From: Gemmatimonadales bacterium
GTDB taxonomy: Bacteria; Gemmatimonadota; Gemmatimonadetes; Gemmatimonadales; GWC2-71-9
Direction: 5' to 3'
Length of the DNA stretch: 60,983 nt
Assembly (NCBI GenBank): GCA_041613315.1
Contig: JBFJHJ010000017.1
Coordinates: 1 to 60,983 of the forward strand
Part shown: positions 22,094 through 31,253 of the stretch, piece after piece
Position numbering within the stretch: the stretch's first letter is position 1
Layout of the letters: each line of letters starts with the position of its first letter
Made by a program: the position numbers and the translations under genes
The notes under the pieces: generated by a model
The model's input: only the letters and a program-made list of their open reading frames with translations
Databases searched by the model: none
Told to the model about the DNA's origin: nothing

Positions 22094-23436
22094 GGGATCT
22101 CGCCGCCGGGAAGAAGGTAGGGGAGCGCGCGTTCGAGGCGGACCCCGCGCGAGGCCTTGAGCAGCACGAGCTCGTGGCCCCCGAGCCGCGCCGCCACCGC
22201 GGCCCCCAACGTCTCGGGGTCGTCCGCGGTGATCAGCCGCGGGCCGAGGCGCGCGGCGTGGAACTGGAAGGCGGGCACGAAGGCGCCGACCACCGCCACG
22301 AGCGCCGGAGCGTAGGTCATCACGCGCTCCGCCATCCGCGCGTGCAGCGCGTCGCTCTCGGACCCCAGCTCGAGCATCGTGCCCAGCATCACGACCAGCG
22401 GGCGATCGGGCCCGAGCGCCCGGGCGGTCTTGAGGGAGACCTCCAACGACCCGGGGTTCGAGTTATACGCGTCGTGGATCACGACGAGGTCGTCGCGCCG
22501 CAGCACCTCACAGCGGCCAGGCGGCAGCGCCACGGTGGCGAGCGCGCGGACCGCGCGCTGGAGATCGAGCCCCAGCTCCCGCGCGACGGCCAGCGCGATC
22601 ATGGCGTTCTCGGCCTGATGCGCTCCCACGAGCGGGACGCGAACCGTCACTCCGCCTACGGTCAGCGTTGGGCAGGCGCCCTCGTCGAGGCTCCAGGTAT
22701 CGGGACGCATCTCCGCGCCGTCGCCCACTCCGGCGACCACGACCCGCCGCGCCCGGCGGCGCGCGGCGGCGGCGAGACTCGGCGGACGTGTGCCCACGAC
22801 CGCCAGGGCCACGCCCTCCACGAGTGCCGTCTTCTCCTCGAGGATCGCCTCGAGGGAACCGAAGCCCTCCACGTGCCCTTCCGAGACGTTCGTGACCACC
22901 GCGACGGTCGGCTCGATGATCCGCCGAAGGCGCGCGATCTCGCCCGGCACGCTGGCGCCGGCCTCGACGATCAGCGCCTCGGTGCCGTCCGGCGCGCCGA
23001 GCAGCGTGAGCGGCACCCCGACCAGGTTGTTGAGGTTGCCCCCCGTGGCGTGCACCCGCCACCGCGTCGCGAGGAGGCGGGCCAGCAGCTCCTTCGTCGC
23101 CGTCTTGCCGTTGGTCCCGGTGACCGCCACGACCGGCCCGGCGATCTCGCGCCGCTGCTCGCGGGCCAGGGCGCCGAGGGCGGCCAATGGATCGTCCACC
23201 TCGAACAGGGGCAGGCCCGGCACGGCCGGCGTGCCGCGGCGCACCACCGCCGCCCTCGCGCCTCGCGCCTCGGCCGCTGCCAGAAACGCGTGGCCGTCGA
23301 ACCGCTCGCCCGTGAGGGCCACGAAGAGCGCGCCCGGCTCCAGCACGCGCGTGTCCGTCCCGATCGCCGTATACCCGTCGCCTCGCGCCGTCGCCGTGCC
23401 GAGCACGCGGGCGACGCGGGCGGGATCCCACCTCAT
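22075..23436 (-). CDS. murF: UDP-MurNAc-tripeptide--D-Ala-D-Ala ligase
   Basis: GERFDGH, GTNGKT, NLNNLVGVP, DAYNSNP, MLELG, KASRG. Confidence 0.96.
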   Translation of the reverse strand: MRWDPARVARVLGTATARGDGYTAIGTDTRVLEPGALFVALTGERFDGHAFLAAAEARGARAAVVRRGTPAVPGLPLFEVDDPLAALGALAREQRREIAGPVVAVTGTNGKTATKELLARLLATRWRVHATGGNLNNLVGVPLTLLGAPDGTEALIVEAGASVPGEIARLRRIIEPTVAVVTNVSEGHVEGFGSLEAILEEKTALVEGVALAVVGTRPPSLAAAARRRARRVVVAGVGDGAEMRPDTWSLDEGACPTLTVGGVTVRVPLVGAHQAENAMIALAVARELGLDLQRAVRALATVALPPGRCEVLRRDDLVVIHDAYNSNPGSLEVSLKTARALGPDRPLVVMLGTMLELGSESDALHARMAERVMTYAPALVAVVGAFVPAFQFHAARLGPRLITADDPETLGAAVAARLGGHELVLLKASRGVRLERALPYLLPGGEIPCSTTS

Positions 23437-24902
23437 GCCGGCGCCCGCTCTTCGAGCGCCTCCCGCACGATCGCCCGCTCGTCGAACGGGTGATGCTCGA
23501 CCCCAACGACCTGATAGGTCTCGTGCCCCTTGCCGGCGAGCAAGAGGCAGTCTCCGGGTTGGAGCAGCCCGATGGCGCGATGAATGGCTTCACGGCGATC
23601 CACGATGCGCAGGTGTGATCGGCCTTCCATACCGGCCTCGATGTCGTCCAAGATCCGGTCCGGATTCTCGGTCCGGGGATTGTCCGACGTCACGACCGCG
23701 AGATCGGCGTCGCGTGCCGCGATCCGGCCCATGAGCGGCCGCTTGCCACGATCGCGGTCGCCGCCGGCCCCAAACAGCACGATGAGGCGTCCCGGCGTGA
23801 TGGGCCGGAGCGCGCCGAGCGCGACCTGTAGAGCGTCGGGCGTGTGCGCGTAATCCCGGAGGATGGTGAATCCCTCGGCTGCGAGGCGCTCCATGCGTCC
23901 CGGGACCTGGGGCGCCCGCGCGAGTCCTCGGGCGATCGCGTCGGGCGCGAGGCCCAGCGCCCACGCCGTCGCCGCCGCCGCCAGCGCATTGCTGACGTTG
24001 AACGCCCCGGGGAGCGGCAGGCGGGTCTTCGCGACCTCGTTCTCGAACGCCAGCGTGACGCTCGCGCCTTCCGCATCGAGCTCGGCGTCGAGGGTGCGCA
24101 CCTCGGCATCGGCCTGCCGGCCGTACCACACGCGACGGCGCCCGGGCATGTCGGGAAGCGCCCGCCAGGCCGGGTCGTCCACGTTCACCACCTCCACCCC
24201 GTGCGGCGCGAGGTAGGTCGAGAGCCGCAGTTTGGCCGCCCGATAGGCCTCGAGATCGGCGTGGTAGTCGAGGTGATCCTGCGTGAGGTTCGTGTACACC
24301 GCGGCGGTCAGCGTGAGCGTCTCCAGCCGGCGCTGATCTAGCGCGTGGGACGACGCCTCCATCACCAGCGTGTGGACCCGGCGGGCGCGCAGCTCGGCGA
24401 GCGCCGCCTGCAGCTCGACCGGTCCCGGGGTGGTGAGGGAACCGTACCCCTCGAGCGCCGCTCCGGTGCCGTCAAAGGCGCCGAGCGTCCCGACCGCTCC
24501 GACGTCGCGGTCGGCATTCAGGAGATGGCGGATCAGCGCGACCGTCGTGGACTTCCCGTTCGTGCCGGTGACGGCCACGAGGCGGAGCCCGTCGCCGGGC
24601 CGGTCGAACCAGGCGCGGGCGGCGACCGCGGCGGCGCGGCGTCCGTCGCGGACGACCAGCTGAACGAGGGGCGCCGCCACGGGTCGCGTGACGAGCGCCG
24701 CCGCCGCACCGCGCGTCCGCGCGTCCTCGACGTAGTCGTGTCCGTCCCGCGCGGTCCCGCTCACGGCGCAGAACAGTGTCCCGGCGGCGACGCGCCGCGA
24801 ATCGTCGGTCACGCCGGTGACCTCCGGCAGCGGCGCCTCCGGCCGCTGCACGAGCTGGCCCGCGGCGTCGAGCGCCGCCACGATTGCCTCGAGCCGGCTC
24901 AC
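23433..24902 (-). CDS. murE: UDP-MurNAc-dipeptide--meso-DAP ligase
   Basis: GTNGKST, LTTP, EASSH, DHLDYH, DYAHTPD, GDRDRGKR, DAP-specificity motif DNPR, GKGHE. Confidence 0.97.
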   Translation of the reverse strand: MSRLEAIVAALDAAGQLVQRPEAPLPEVTGVTDDSRRVAAGTLFCAVSGTARDGHDYVEDARTRGAAAALVTRPVAAPLVQLVVRDGRRAAAVAARAWFDRPGDGLRLVAVTGTNGKSTTVALIRHLLNADRDVGAVGTLGAFDGTGAALEGYGSLTTPGPVELQAALAELRARRVHTLVMEASSHALDQRRLETLTLTAAVYTNLTQDHLDYHADLEAYRAAKLRLSTYLAPHGVEVVNVDDPAWRALPDMPGRRRVWYGRQADAEVRTLDAELDAEGASVTLAFENEVAKTRLPLPGAFNVSNALAAAATAWALGLAPDAIARGLARAPQVPGRMERLAAEGFTILRDYAHTPDALQVALGALRPITPGRLIVLFGAGGDRDRGKRPLMGRIAARDADLAVVTSDNPRTENPDRILDDIEAGMEGRSHLRIVDRREAIHRAIGLLQPGDCLLLAGKGHETYQVVGVEHHPFDERAIVREALEERAPA

Positions 24903-26833
24903 TGCCCAGGTCCCGACGCCGCAGCAAACAGCGTCACGAGCGCACCCGCGGCGGCGGTCGCACCGGCCCTGGGATCGGTGCGCGTGGCCCGACCCCAGCC
25001 GTCGAGGCGGACCCGGAAGCCTGCGCGGTGCAGGTGGCGCACGGCATCCCGAAGCGACCGGCCTGCCACGTCCGGCACCGCCCGCGCGCCGTCGGCCGGC
25101 TCCGAGGCCGGGGGTGGCCAGTCCACGATGTATGGCACCGTGCCCGCCCCCATGGGCACGCCGGGCAGCGAAAGCCCGCGTCGGTCGGACAGCCGCCCGT
25201 GGTCGAGCGCGCCCGTCTTCGCGCCCAGCACCTGCTCCAGGACCGTGCGGCTCAGCGGTGCCGCCGTGAGTCGGGCGTAGCCCTGCTTCGGGTCATCCAA
25301 CTTCACCACCATCACGAGCTGCGGATCCTCCGCCGGAAAGAGCGACGCAAAGCTCGCCGTGTAGGATCCCGGAATGTACCCGCCAGGCCCCACCCGGCGG
25401 GCCGTCCCCGTCTTGCCCGCCACTTCGTAGCTGGACAGCGCCGCGGTCTGGCCGGTTCCGCCGCGGTACACGACGCCGTGCAACAGGTCGCGGAGCGTCC
25501 GCGCCACCGCCGCCGGGACCACGCGCCGGACCGGCTCGGGCACATGGCGATATACGGTCCTGCCCCCGGGCGTGCGGATCTCGCGCACGAGCGCCGGTTG
25601 CATCACGACACCGTCGTTGGCGATGGCCGCGTACGCCTGGGCGAGTTGGAGCGGCGTCACCGCCACCTCGTACCCCATCGCCACGCTCGCCTTGGTCGTG
25701 CCGCTCCACTCGTCCGGACGCTTCAGGATGCCCGGCGACTCAGCCGGATACTCGACCCCCGTGGGCGTTCCGAAACCGAAGTCCCGAAGCGTTCCGAACA
25801 ACACGGCCGGCGCGAGCGGTTCAGTGAGCTTGACGATCCCGATGTTGCTCGACTGCTCGATCACCCCCCGCAGCGTCAGCCACTCGTGGGGATGCTCGTC
25901 GCGGATCGTCCGCCGCCCGGTGCGGTACACGCCGCGCTCCGCCCACACGAGCGCCCCGGGGGTCGCCACCCCGTCCAGGAGGAGCGCGGCCGCGGCGAAG
26001 ATCTTCGCCGTCGAGCCCGGCTCGAAGATGGCCGTGAACGCGCTGGCCGTTGCCGCACCGCGCGCGGCGCGCGAGGCGACCGCCAGCACCTCCCCGGAGC
26101 GCGGGTCCAACACGACGACATCGCCGCCCTCGGCCTGAAACCGATCCACCGCCTCGGCCAGCGCGCGCTCCACGATCTCCTGGAGCCCGGCGTCGAGCGT
26201 GAGGAACACGTCGTGCCCGGGCACGGGGAAAGCTCCGCGCCGCGAGGGCGATTCGTACCGTCGCCCTTGGGGGTCGCGCAGCACCACGGCCCGCCCGTCG
26301 CGGCCCGAGAGCAGCGAGTCCAAGACACGCTCGATGCCGCTCGCCGAGCGCCCGTCGGCGGCCGGTCGGCCCAGGACGGGCTGCCCGAGGTCGCGATCGG
26401 GATAGAACCGCACGAGCTCTCCGCTCAGGTGCACGCCGCGCAGGTGCCGCAGCGGCTCGACCTGGGTCGACGTGAACGGTCCATGGAAATACCCGTAGGC
26501 GCGGCGCACCTGCCGCCGGACCACGTTTCGGGGCAGCCCCAGCTGCTTGGCGATCGTCGCGACGTCGGCCTGCGGGTCGGCGAGCTCGTTGGGCGCGACG
26601 CCCACGTGATAGACGTCATGGGTGAGCGCGAGCGTAACGCCGTTACGATCGTAGATCGTCCCGCGCCGCGCCGGGAGGATAACCTGCTCGGTCCGCTCAG
26701 CGCGCGCGGCGGCGCGGTGGCGGTCGCCCTGCACCAGTTGGACCTGCCCGAGCCGGAGCACGAGGACAAGGACGGCCAGCCCAAAGGCCGCCTGCACGGC
26801 GCGCATCCGCACGACGGCTCGCGCCCCGGTCAC
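24899..26833 (-). CDS. ftsI: Class B penicillin-binding protein FtsI with C-terminal PASTA-like domain
   Basis: RGTIYDRNG, SxxK (EPGSTAK), SSN, KTGT, C-terminal VPDVAGRSLRDA. GTG start at 26833. Confidence 0.93.
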   Translation of the reverse strand: MTGARAVVRMRAVQAAFGLAVLVLVLRLGQVQLVQGDRHRAAARAERTEQVILPARRGTIYDRNGVTLALTHDVYHVGVAPNELADPQADVATIAKQLGLPRNVVRRQVRRAYGYFHGPFTSTQVEPLRHLRGVHLSGELVRFYPDRDLGQPVLGRPAADGRSASGIERVLDSLLSGRDGRAVVLRDPQGRRYESPSRRGAFPVPGHDVFLTLDAGLQEIVERALAEAVDRFQAEGGDVVVLDPRSGEVLAVASRAARGAATASAFTAIFEPGSTAKIFAAAALLLDGVATPGALVWAERGVYRTGRRTIRDEHPHEWLTLRGVIEQSSNIGIVKLTEPLAPAVLFGTLRDFGFGTPTGVEYPAESPGILKRPDEWSGTTKASVAMGYEVAVTPLQLAQAYAAIANDGVVMQPALVREIRTPGGRTVYRHVPEPVRRVVPAAVARTLRDLLHGVVYRGGTGQTAALSSYEVAGKTGTARRVGPGGYIPGSYTASFASLFPAEDPQLVMVVKLDDPKQGYARLTAAPLSRTVLEQVLGAKTGALDHGRLSDRRGLSLPGVPMGAGTVPYIVDWPPPASEPADGARAVPDVAGRSLRDAVRHLHRAGFRVRLDGWGRATRTDPRAGATAAAGALVTLFAAASGPGQ

Positions 26834-27123
26834 GGCCTCTCCGGCGCCGGGGGGGCAGGCAGGATCACGATCTCGCTGTCCGCCGGGAGGCGCAGGCCGA
26901 GCGCCCGCGCGCGCGGCACGAGCACGGCGCGGCTCTCGCCCGCCCGGATCCGCCGCAGCAGCTCCGCGTGCTCCGCCTCGTCGACCGAGCGTTGGTGCCG
27001 CAGCTCGGCCAACGCCTCGGCCAGGGACACCGACGCCGTCTGCCGGGAGACCACCCACGCCAGCGTGCCCAGCACGAAGAGGAGCCAGAGGCCCACCCAC
27101 ACCCGGCCTCTAGGCGGGGGCAT
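26830..27123 (-). CDS. ftsL: FtsL-like bitopic division protein
   Basis: 97 aa with one TM, a coiled coil and ARALGL; lies between rsmH and ftsI. Confidence 0.75.
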   Translation of the reverse strand: MPPPRGRVWVGLWLLFVLGTLAWVVSRQTASVSLAEALAELRHQRSVDEAEHAELLRRIRAGESRAVLVPRARALGLRLPADSEIVILPAPPAPERP

Positions 27124-28015
27124 CGGTCCGAAAGCCGCGCAGCGTCGCGCTCCGCGCCCGCGGGTTGGTGCCGATCTCGTCGGCGCCCGGCCGGATCGGC
27201 GCGCGCGGATCGAGTCGCCCAAGCGGACGGCCGCGGCACGTGCAGATGGGCAGGCCGGGGGGGCACACGCACGCTTGCGCCCATTCCCGGAAGCGGTGTT
27301 TCACGATGCGGTCCTCGCCGGAATGATAGGTAATCGCGAGGAGCCGGCCGCCGGGGACCAGGGCGTCGCGATACGCCGGGAGGGCGCGCTCCAACTCGAC
27401 CAGCTCGTCGTTGACCGCGATACGCACGGCCTGGAAGAGTCGCGCGAAATGGGACGGACCGGTCCGTGGCCCCAGGGCTTCGCGGATGGCGCCGACCAGG
27501 TCGTCGCTGGTGGCGAACGGGCGGCGCGCGCGCCGGCGCCGGACGACGGCGGCGAGGCGGCGGGCGCGCCGCTCGTCTCCGTAGTCTCGAAACATCTGCG
27601 TCAGCCCCTCTGCCGGCAGCGTGTTCAGCAGATCCGCCGCCGTAGGACCCGCCTCGCCCATGCGCATGTCCAGCGCCACGCCGGGCCGGAACGAGAAGCC
27701 GCGGGCGTCCTGGTCGAGATGCGGCGACGAGACGCCCAGGTCGAAGAGCGCGACGTCGGGCCGGAATGCCGCGACCGCGGCGACGACCGCCGGGTCGGCG
27801 AAGCGGCCGAGGTGCCAGCGGATCCGCTCGTCGCCGAGGGCCGCGCGGGCGGCCGCGAGCGCCTGGGGATCGCGATCCACGGCGAGCACGAGCGCCCCGG
27901 CTGTCCGGAAGCGGGCGGTGTGCCCGCCGAGACCGACGGTGGCATCGACGACGCGCGACGCGCCGCCGGTGAGGCGGGCGACGGCGTCAGCGAGCGCCGG
28001 GTGGTGGTGGGTCAT
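27110..28015 (-). CDS. rsmH: 16S rRNA m4C1402 methyltransferase
   Basis: VDATVGLGGH, DLGVSS, RGFSF, LDMRM, FQAVRIAVN, YHSGEDRIVK, NPRARSA. ATG at 28015. Confidence 0.96.
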   Translation of the reverse strand: MTHHHPALADAVARLTGGASRVVDATVGLGGHTARFRTAGALVLAVDRDPQALAAARAALGDERIRWHLGRFADPAVVAAVAAFRPDVALFDLGVSSPHLDQDARGFSFRPGVALDMRMGEAGPTAADLLNTLPAEGLTQMFRDYGDERRARRLAAVVRRRRARRPFATSDDLVGAIREALGPRTGPSHFARLFQAVRIAVNDELVELERALPAYRDALVPGGRLLAITYHSGEDRIVKHRFREWAQACVCPPGLPICTCRGRPLGRLDPRAPIRPGADEIGTNPRARSATLRGFRTDAPA

Positions 28016-28031
28016 AGCGGTCGCCGCGGGT

Positions 28032-28071
28032 GGAAACGAGCGGCCCCGCTTGCGAGGCAAGCGGGGCCGCT
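28032..28071 (-). terminator. Hairpin after tRNA-Asp (probable intrinsic terminator)
   Basis: Perfect 15-bp stem 28039-28053/28057-28071 with a 3-nt loop, followed on the minus strand by CGTTTCC (weak U tract). Confidence 0.65.
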
Positions 28072-28127
28072 TCCCAACGGGCTTGTTTCGCTGGACGAGG
28101 TAGAACGCGTGCCCGCGCTCCACCCGA

Positions 28128-28201
28128 CGGGGCTGACGGGATTTGAACCCGCGGCCTCCGGTGTGACAGACCGGCACTCTAACCAGCTGAGCTACAGCCC
28201 C
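28128..28201 (-). tRNA. tRNA-Asp (GUC)
   Basis: GGGGCTG/CAGCCCC acceptor stem, TAGCTCAGCTGGTTAGAG D arm, CCGGT-CTGTCAC-ACCGG anticodon arm, GGTTCAAATCC. CCA not encoded. Confidence 0.96.
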
Positions 28202-28219
28202 CAATCGGCACAGCGTGGC

Positions 28220-28248
28220 AATGTAGCCGCCCCGCGTACGTGATTCAA
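28220..28248 (-). promoter_or_regulatory. sigma70 promoter of tRNA-Asp
   Basis: TTGAAT-N17-TACATT upstream of the tRNA 5' end. Confidence 0.7.
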
Positions 28249-28258
28249 GCCGCGCGCG

Positions 28259-30025
28259 TTACCGCCGCCGACAGAAGGCCTCACGCAGCTGCGGCACGCG
28301 TTGCTCGAAGTTCCGGTACTGCTGCAGCAGCTGCCGCGCCGTCTCCGGGGAGAGCGGGGCGCCGATCTCGAGCGCGGCTTTGCCCTTGGCGATCATCTCC
28401 GCCTCCTGCCGCACCAGGGCGCAGGACTCCTGGGCCGTGACCTGCGAGTCGAACTCGAAGATCTGGAACATCATCGCGAAGCCGATGAAGAAGTTCGTCT
28501 GCTGCAGGAGCCCTTCCAGCCGCAGGACATTGGTGGTGTTCGACTTCTCCAGCAGCCGCAACCCCCAGGGAAGTCGCCGCTGAATCCGCGCGAGCCCGAT
28601 GCCGGGCTGCGCGTAGAGCGCCGAGGCGTTCATCAGGATCGACGTGTCGCGGCTCATCGCGACGACCTGGTCGAGCAGCCGCTCCGCCTTCGCGAGCGAG
28701 AGCGTGTCGAGGGGCACCACCGTGTCAATCGTCAGCCCCTCCACCAGGATGCGCGCCGCGGCCAGGGGGCTGCGCACGTCGGTCGGGTCGCGCGCAAAGA
28801 TGTGTTCGTACACGGCGACGACCGAGTCCGTGCGGCCGGCGGTCTGCAGCGCCGTGGCGTGCGCCCGCCAGAGCGCCAGGGAGGACGGCACGCGGCGAAC
28901 CGCCTCGCCGGACCAGCGCAGCATGGCGGCCGTGTCCGGCACGGACGTTGCCGCGCCGATGATCTGCGCGTAGAACACCGTGTCGGCGATCTTGGTGGAG
29001 TCAATCTGGTACTGCGCGGCCAGCGCCTCGAGCGCGCAGGCCCACAGCGCGCCCTCGACGCACGCCCGCGCCCTGAGCTGGAGGACCTCGAGGTCGTCGG
29101 TGTGCCGCTTCAGCCAATCGTCGGCGAGCGCCGCCGCCCGGTCATACTTTCCGACCTGGATGAAGCCCGCGATGACGCCGCGCCAACGGGGACGATCGTT
29201 CGGATTGAAGACGAGGGCGCGCGTGTACGCGTCCAGTGCGGCGAGGGAGTCGCCTTTCTCCTGGTAGAGCCGTCCCACCCGCTCGAGCGCCCGCTCGAGC
29301 ATCGGGTCGCCCTGGAGGGCATGCTCCAACGCCTTGATCACGCTGTCGGCCGGGGCCCGGCGGGCCTCGAACAGCACCGAGACGCACATCCACGCCGACG
29401 GATGATTGGGGTACATCTCGAACACCCGCTGGGCGCGCTTGCGGGCGTCGTCGTAGTCGCCCTTGTCGCGCTCGTCGGAGCATTCGCGCGACCACTCGGC
29501 GGCCTTCACCTGATTGTCGAGGGTGTCCACGATGGCCGAGGCAAAGTCCTTGGCGGAGAGGTTGGCCGCCCCCGCGACCTGGACCCACCCCGACAGGCCG
29601 GAGCGCCGGACATCTACCAGCCGGAGCTGGACCGAAGGGACCCCACGTTCCCGGCGCAGGGTGCCGTAGATGTACGCATCGGCCTGGAGTGCGCGGGCGA
29701 GACGCTCCGACTCGGCCGCGCTGAGGATCGCGTTGCAGCGGTAGGCCGACGCCTCCAGCATCTCGCACACCGGATCGTTTCCCACCACCCGCAGCTTCGT
29801 GCGGAACTTGCCTTCCATCCGGCGCCGGACTTCGTGGGTCACCTCGGCGGTGAAGCTGGAGTCGGCCGTACGGTTGGCCGGCTCAGGCATCAGGAAGACC
29901 ACGCGTTCGGTAGCGCGATTGCCGCCCAACTGGGCCTCGAGGGTGCGCGGCGCCGTGACCATTGTAACCAGTGCCGCCGCCGCGGTCACGACCATTCGGA
30001 CGAGCGTCCCTATGCTGTACGACAC
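28259..30025 (-). CDS. Secreted TPR-repeat protein
   Basis: Signal-peptide-like N-terminus (LEA-Q), an alpha/beta N-domain, then TPR-like helical repeats and several Cys. SD GAGGAG precedes the GTG. Confidence 0.75.
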   Translation of the reverse strand: MSYSIGTLVRMVVTAAAALVTMVTAPRTLEAQLGGNRATERVVFLMPEPANRTADSSFTAEVTHEVRRRMEGKFRTKLRVVGNDPVCEMLEASAYRCNAILSAAESERLARALQADAYIYGTLRRERGVPSVQLRLVDVRRSGLSGWVQVAGAANLSAKDFASAIVDTLDNQVKAAEWSRECSDERDKGDYDDARKRAQRVFEMYPNHPSAWMCVSVLFEARRAPADSVIKALEHALQGDPMLERALERVGRLYQEKGDSLAALDAYTRALVFNPNDRPRWRGVIAGFIQVGKYDRAAALADDWLKRHTDDLEVLQLRARACVEGALWACALEALAAQYQIDSTKIADTVFYAQIIGAATSVPDTAAMLRWSGEAVRRVPSSLALWRAHATALQTAGRTDSVVAVYEHIFARDPTDVRSPLAAARILVEGLTIDTVVPLDTLSLAKAERLLDQVVAMSRDTSILMNASALYAQPGIGLARIQRRLPWGLRLLEKSNTTNVLRLEGLLQQTNFFIGFAMMFQIFEFDSQVTAQESCALVRQEAEMIAKGKAALEIGAPLSPETARQLLQQYRNFEQRVPQLREAFCRRR

Positions 30026-30081
30026 TGCAGTCCTCCTCAGCTAAGCTGTCGCGCGCTTGTTCCTCTGCCGTCGCTCCGCCA

Positions 30082-30155
30082 TGGGCGAAGAGGGATTCGA
30101 ACCCCCGACTTCCTGCTTGTAAGGCAGGCGCTCTCAACCCCTGAGCTATTCGCCC
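30082..30155 (-). tRNA. tRNA-Val (UAC)
   Basis: GGGCGAA/TTCGCCC acceptor stem, CCTGC-CTTACAA-GCAGG anticodon arm, GGTTCGAATCC. CCA not encoded. Confidence 0.96.
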
Positions 30156-30167
30156 GGTGTCGCCTCC

Positions 30168-30353
30168 TTACAGCGCCAGGCCCAGCGGCAACAGCACGCA
30201 GTAGCCCAATACCAGCAAGACCGGCGCCCACGCTGTGTCTCCCGCAGCGAGGAGCACGTAGCCGACGGTGAGCGACACGAGCGCGCCCGTCAAGACGAGC
30301 AAGTTACGGGCGCCAAATCGAAGGCGCGCGGGCGAACCTGCTCTCTCTGACAT
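30168..30353 (-). CDS. Small two-TM membrane protein (DUF3098-like)
   Basis: 61 aa: FGARN, a TM ending GYVLLA, then APVLLVLGYCVLLPL; own promoter directly upstream. Confidence 0.7.
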   Translation of the reverse strand: MSERAGSPARLRFGARNLLVLTGALVSLTVGYVLLAAGDTAWAPVLLVLGYCVLLPLGLAL

Positions 30354-30361
30354 AGACCCTC

Positions 30362-30390
30362 AGGCTAACCGGAGGTTCCAAGGCCGTCAA
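30362..30390 (-). promoter_or_regulatory. sigma70 promoter for small membrane protein and tRNA-Val
   Basis: TTGACG-N17-TAGCCT, 8 nt before ATG 30353. Confidence 0.7.
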
Positions 30391-31253
30391 GCATAGCGGT
30401 TCCACTCATCCTCCGGGACGACCCACCCCGCGTCTAAGGCCTCGCGTCGGCCCCGGTCGCGGCGGCGGCGCCACCACCACAGCGCGGCCAACAGCACGCC
30501 CGCGATCCCCCAAAAGGCGCTGAAGGAGGTGAACACGAGGAGCCACCCGTAGCGCGTCCGCAGGTCCTTCTGCCACAGTGCCTCGAATTGCCCGAGCGTG
30601 ATCTGGTGCGTCGCGCGGAGCGCCAGATCGAAATCCCCGGTACCGCCGAGCGTCGTGATAATGGGCTCCAGACCGCGGTCTCGACCAAGCCGCTCCAGGA
30701 GCAGGACCGCGGTGGCGGCCAGCGCGTAGGCGGCTTCCGCCTGCACGGCGCCCCCGCGCCGCAAGTAGCCGTCCAGCTCACGCAGCGACGGCCGGGCGCC
30801 GCGGATCACGGCCCAGTTGACCCGCAACGCCTCGAGCCGAGTCCACTCCCCCGCCGCCCGGACGGCATAGCCTTCGTCGAACCAACGGGGCACGTGCTGG
30901 ACGGCGTCATGCAGCGCCAGGTGCGCCAGCTCGTGCCGCAGGGTCCGCCGCAGGTCGCCCGAGCGCCGCAGCACGATGGTGCGGGTGGCGGGGAAGGCGG
31001 CGCCCACCCCCCACTCCGGCAACCGTCCCGCGGTGAGGGAATCGAACCGGGCGGCGGTGGGCGCCAAGACGATCCGGATCGGCCGTGCGTCGGAGGTCCG
31101 AATGCCGGGCCACGGGCCTGCCGCATCGGCGAACTCCCCGAGAGCGGCGGCCAGGGTCGCATCCCCCGGCCAGTAGACCGCGGTGACGCGGCCGACCTGC
31201 ACGACGGCGGGGTCCTGCTGGACGGCGACGGCGACGAGGAGAAGCGCTAGCGT
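30387..31253 (-). CDS. Membrane-anchored zinc metallopeptidase (MA clan/gluzincin-like); start uncertain
   Basis: RHELAH plus PRWFDEGYA; hydrophobic N-terminus and a C-terminal TM followed by RRRR. The best SD-linked codon is ACG at 31253. Confidence 0.75.
   Translation of the reverse strand, partial: TLALLLVAVAVQQDPAVVQVGRVTAVYWPGDATLAAALGEFADAAGPWPGIRTSDARPIRIVLAPTAARFDSLTAGRLPEWGVGAAFPATRTIVLRRSGDLRRTLRHELAHLALHDAVQHVPRWFDEGYAVRAAGEWTRLEALRVNWAVIRGARPSLRELDGYLRRGGAVQAEAAYALAATAVLLLERLGRDRGLEPIITTLGGTGDFDLALRATHQITLGQFEALWQKDLRTRYGWLLVFTSFSAFWGIAGVLLAALWWWRRRRDRGRREALDAGWVVPEDEWNRYA

Noticed and set aside
28128..30155. tRNA-anchored genomic island
   Set aside because: No integrase, no duplicated tRNA 3' end and no obvious compositional shift.
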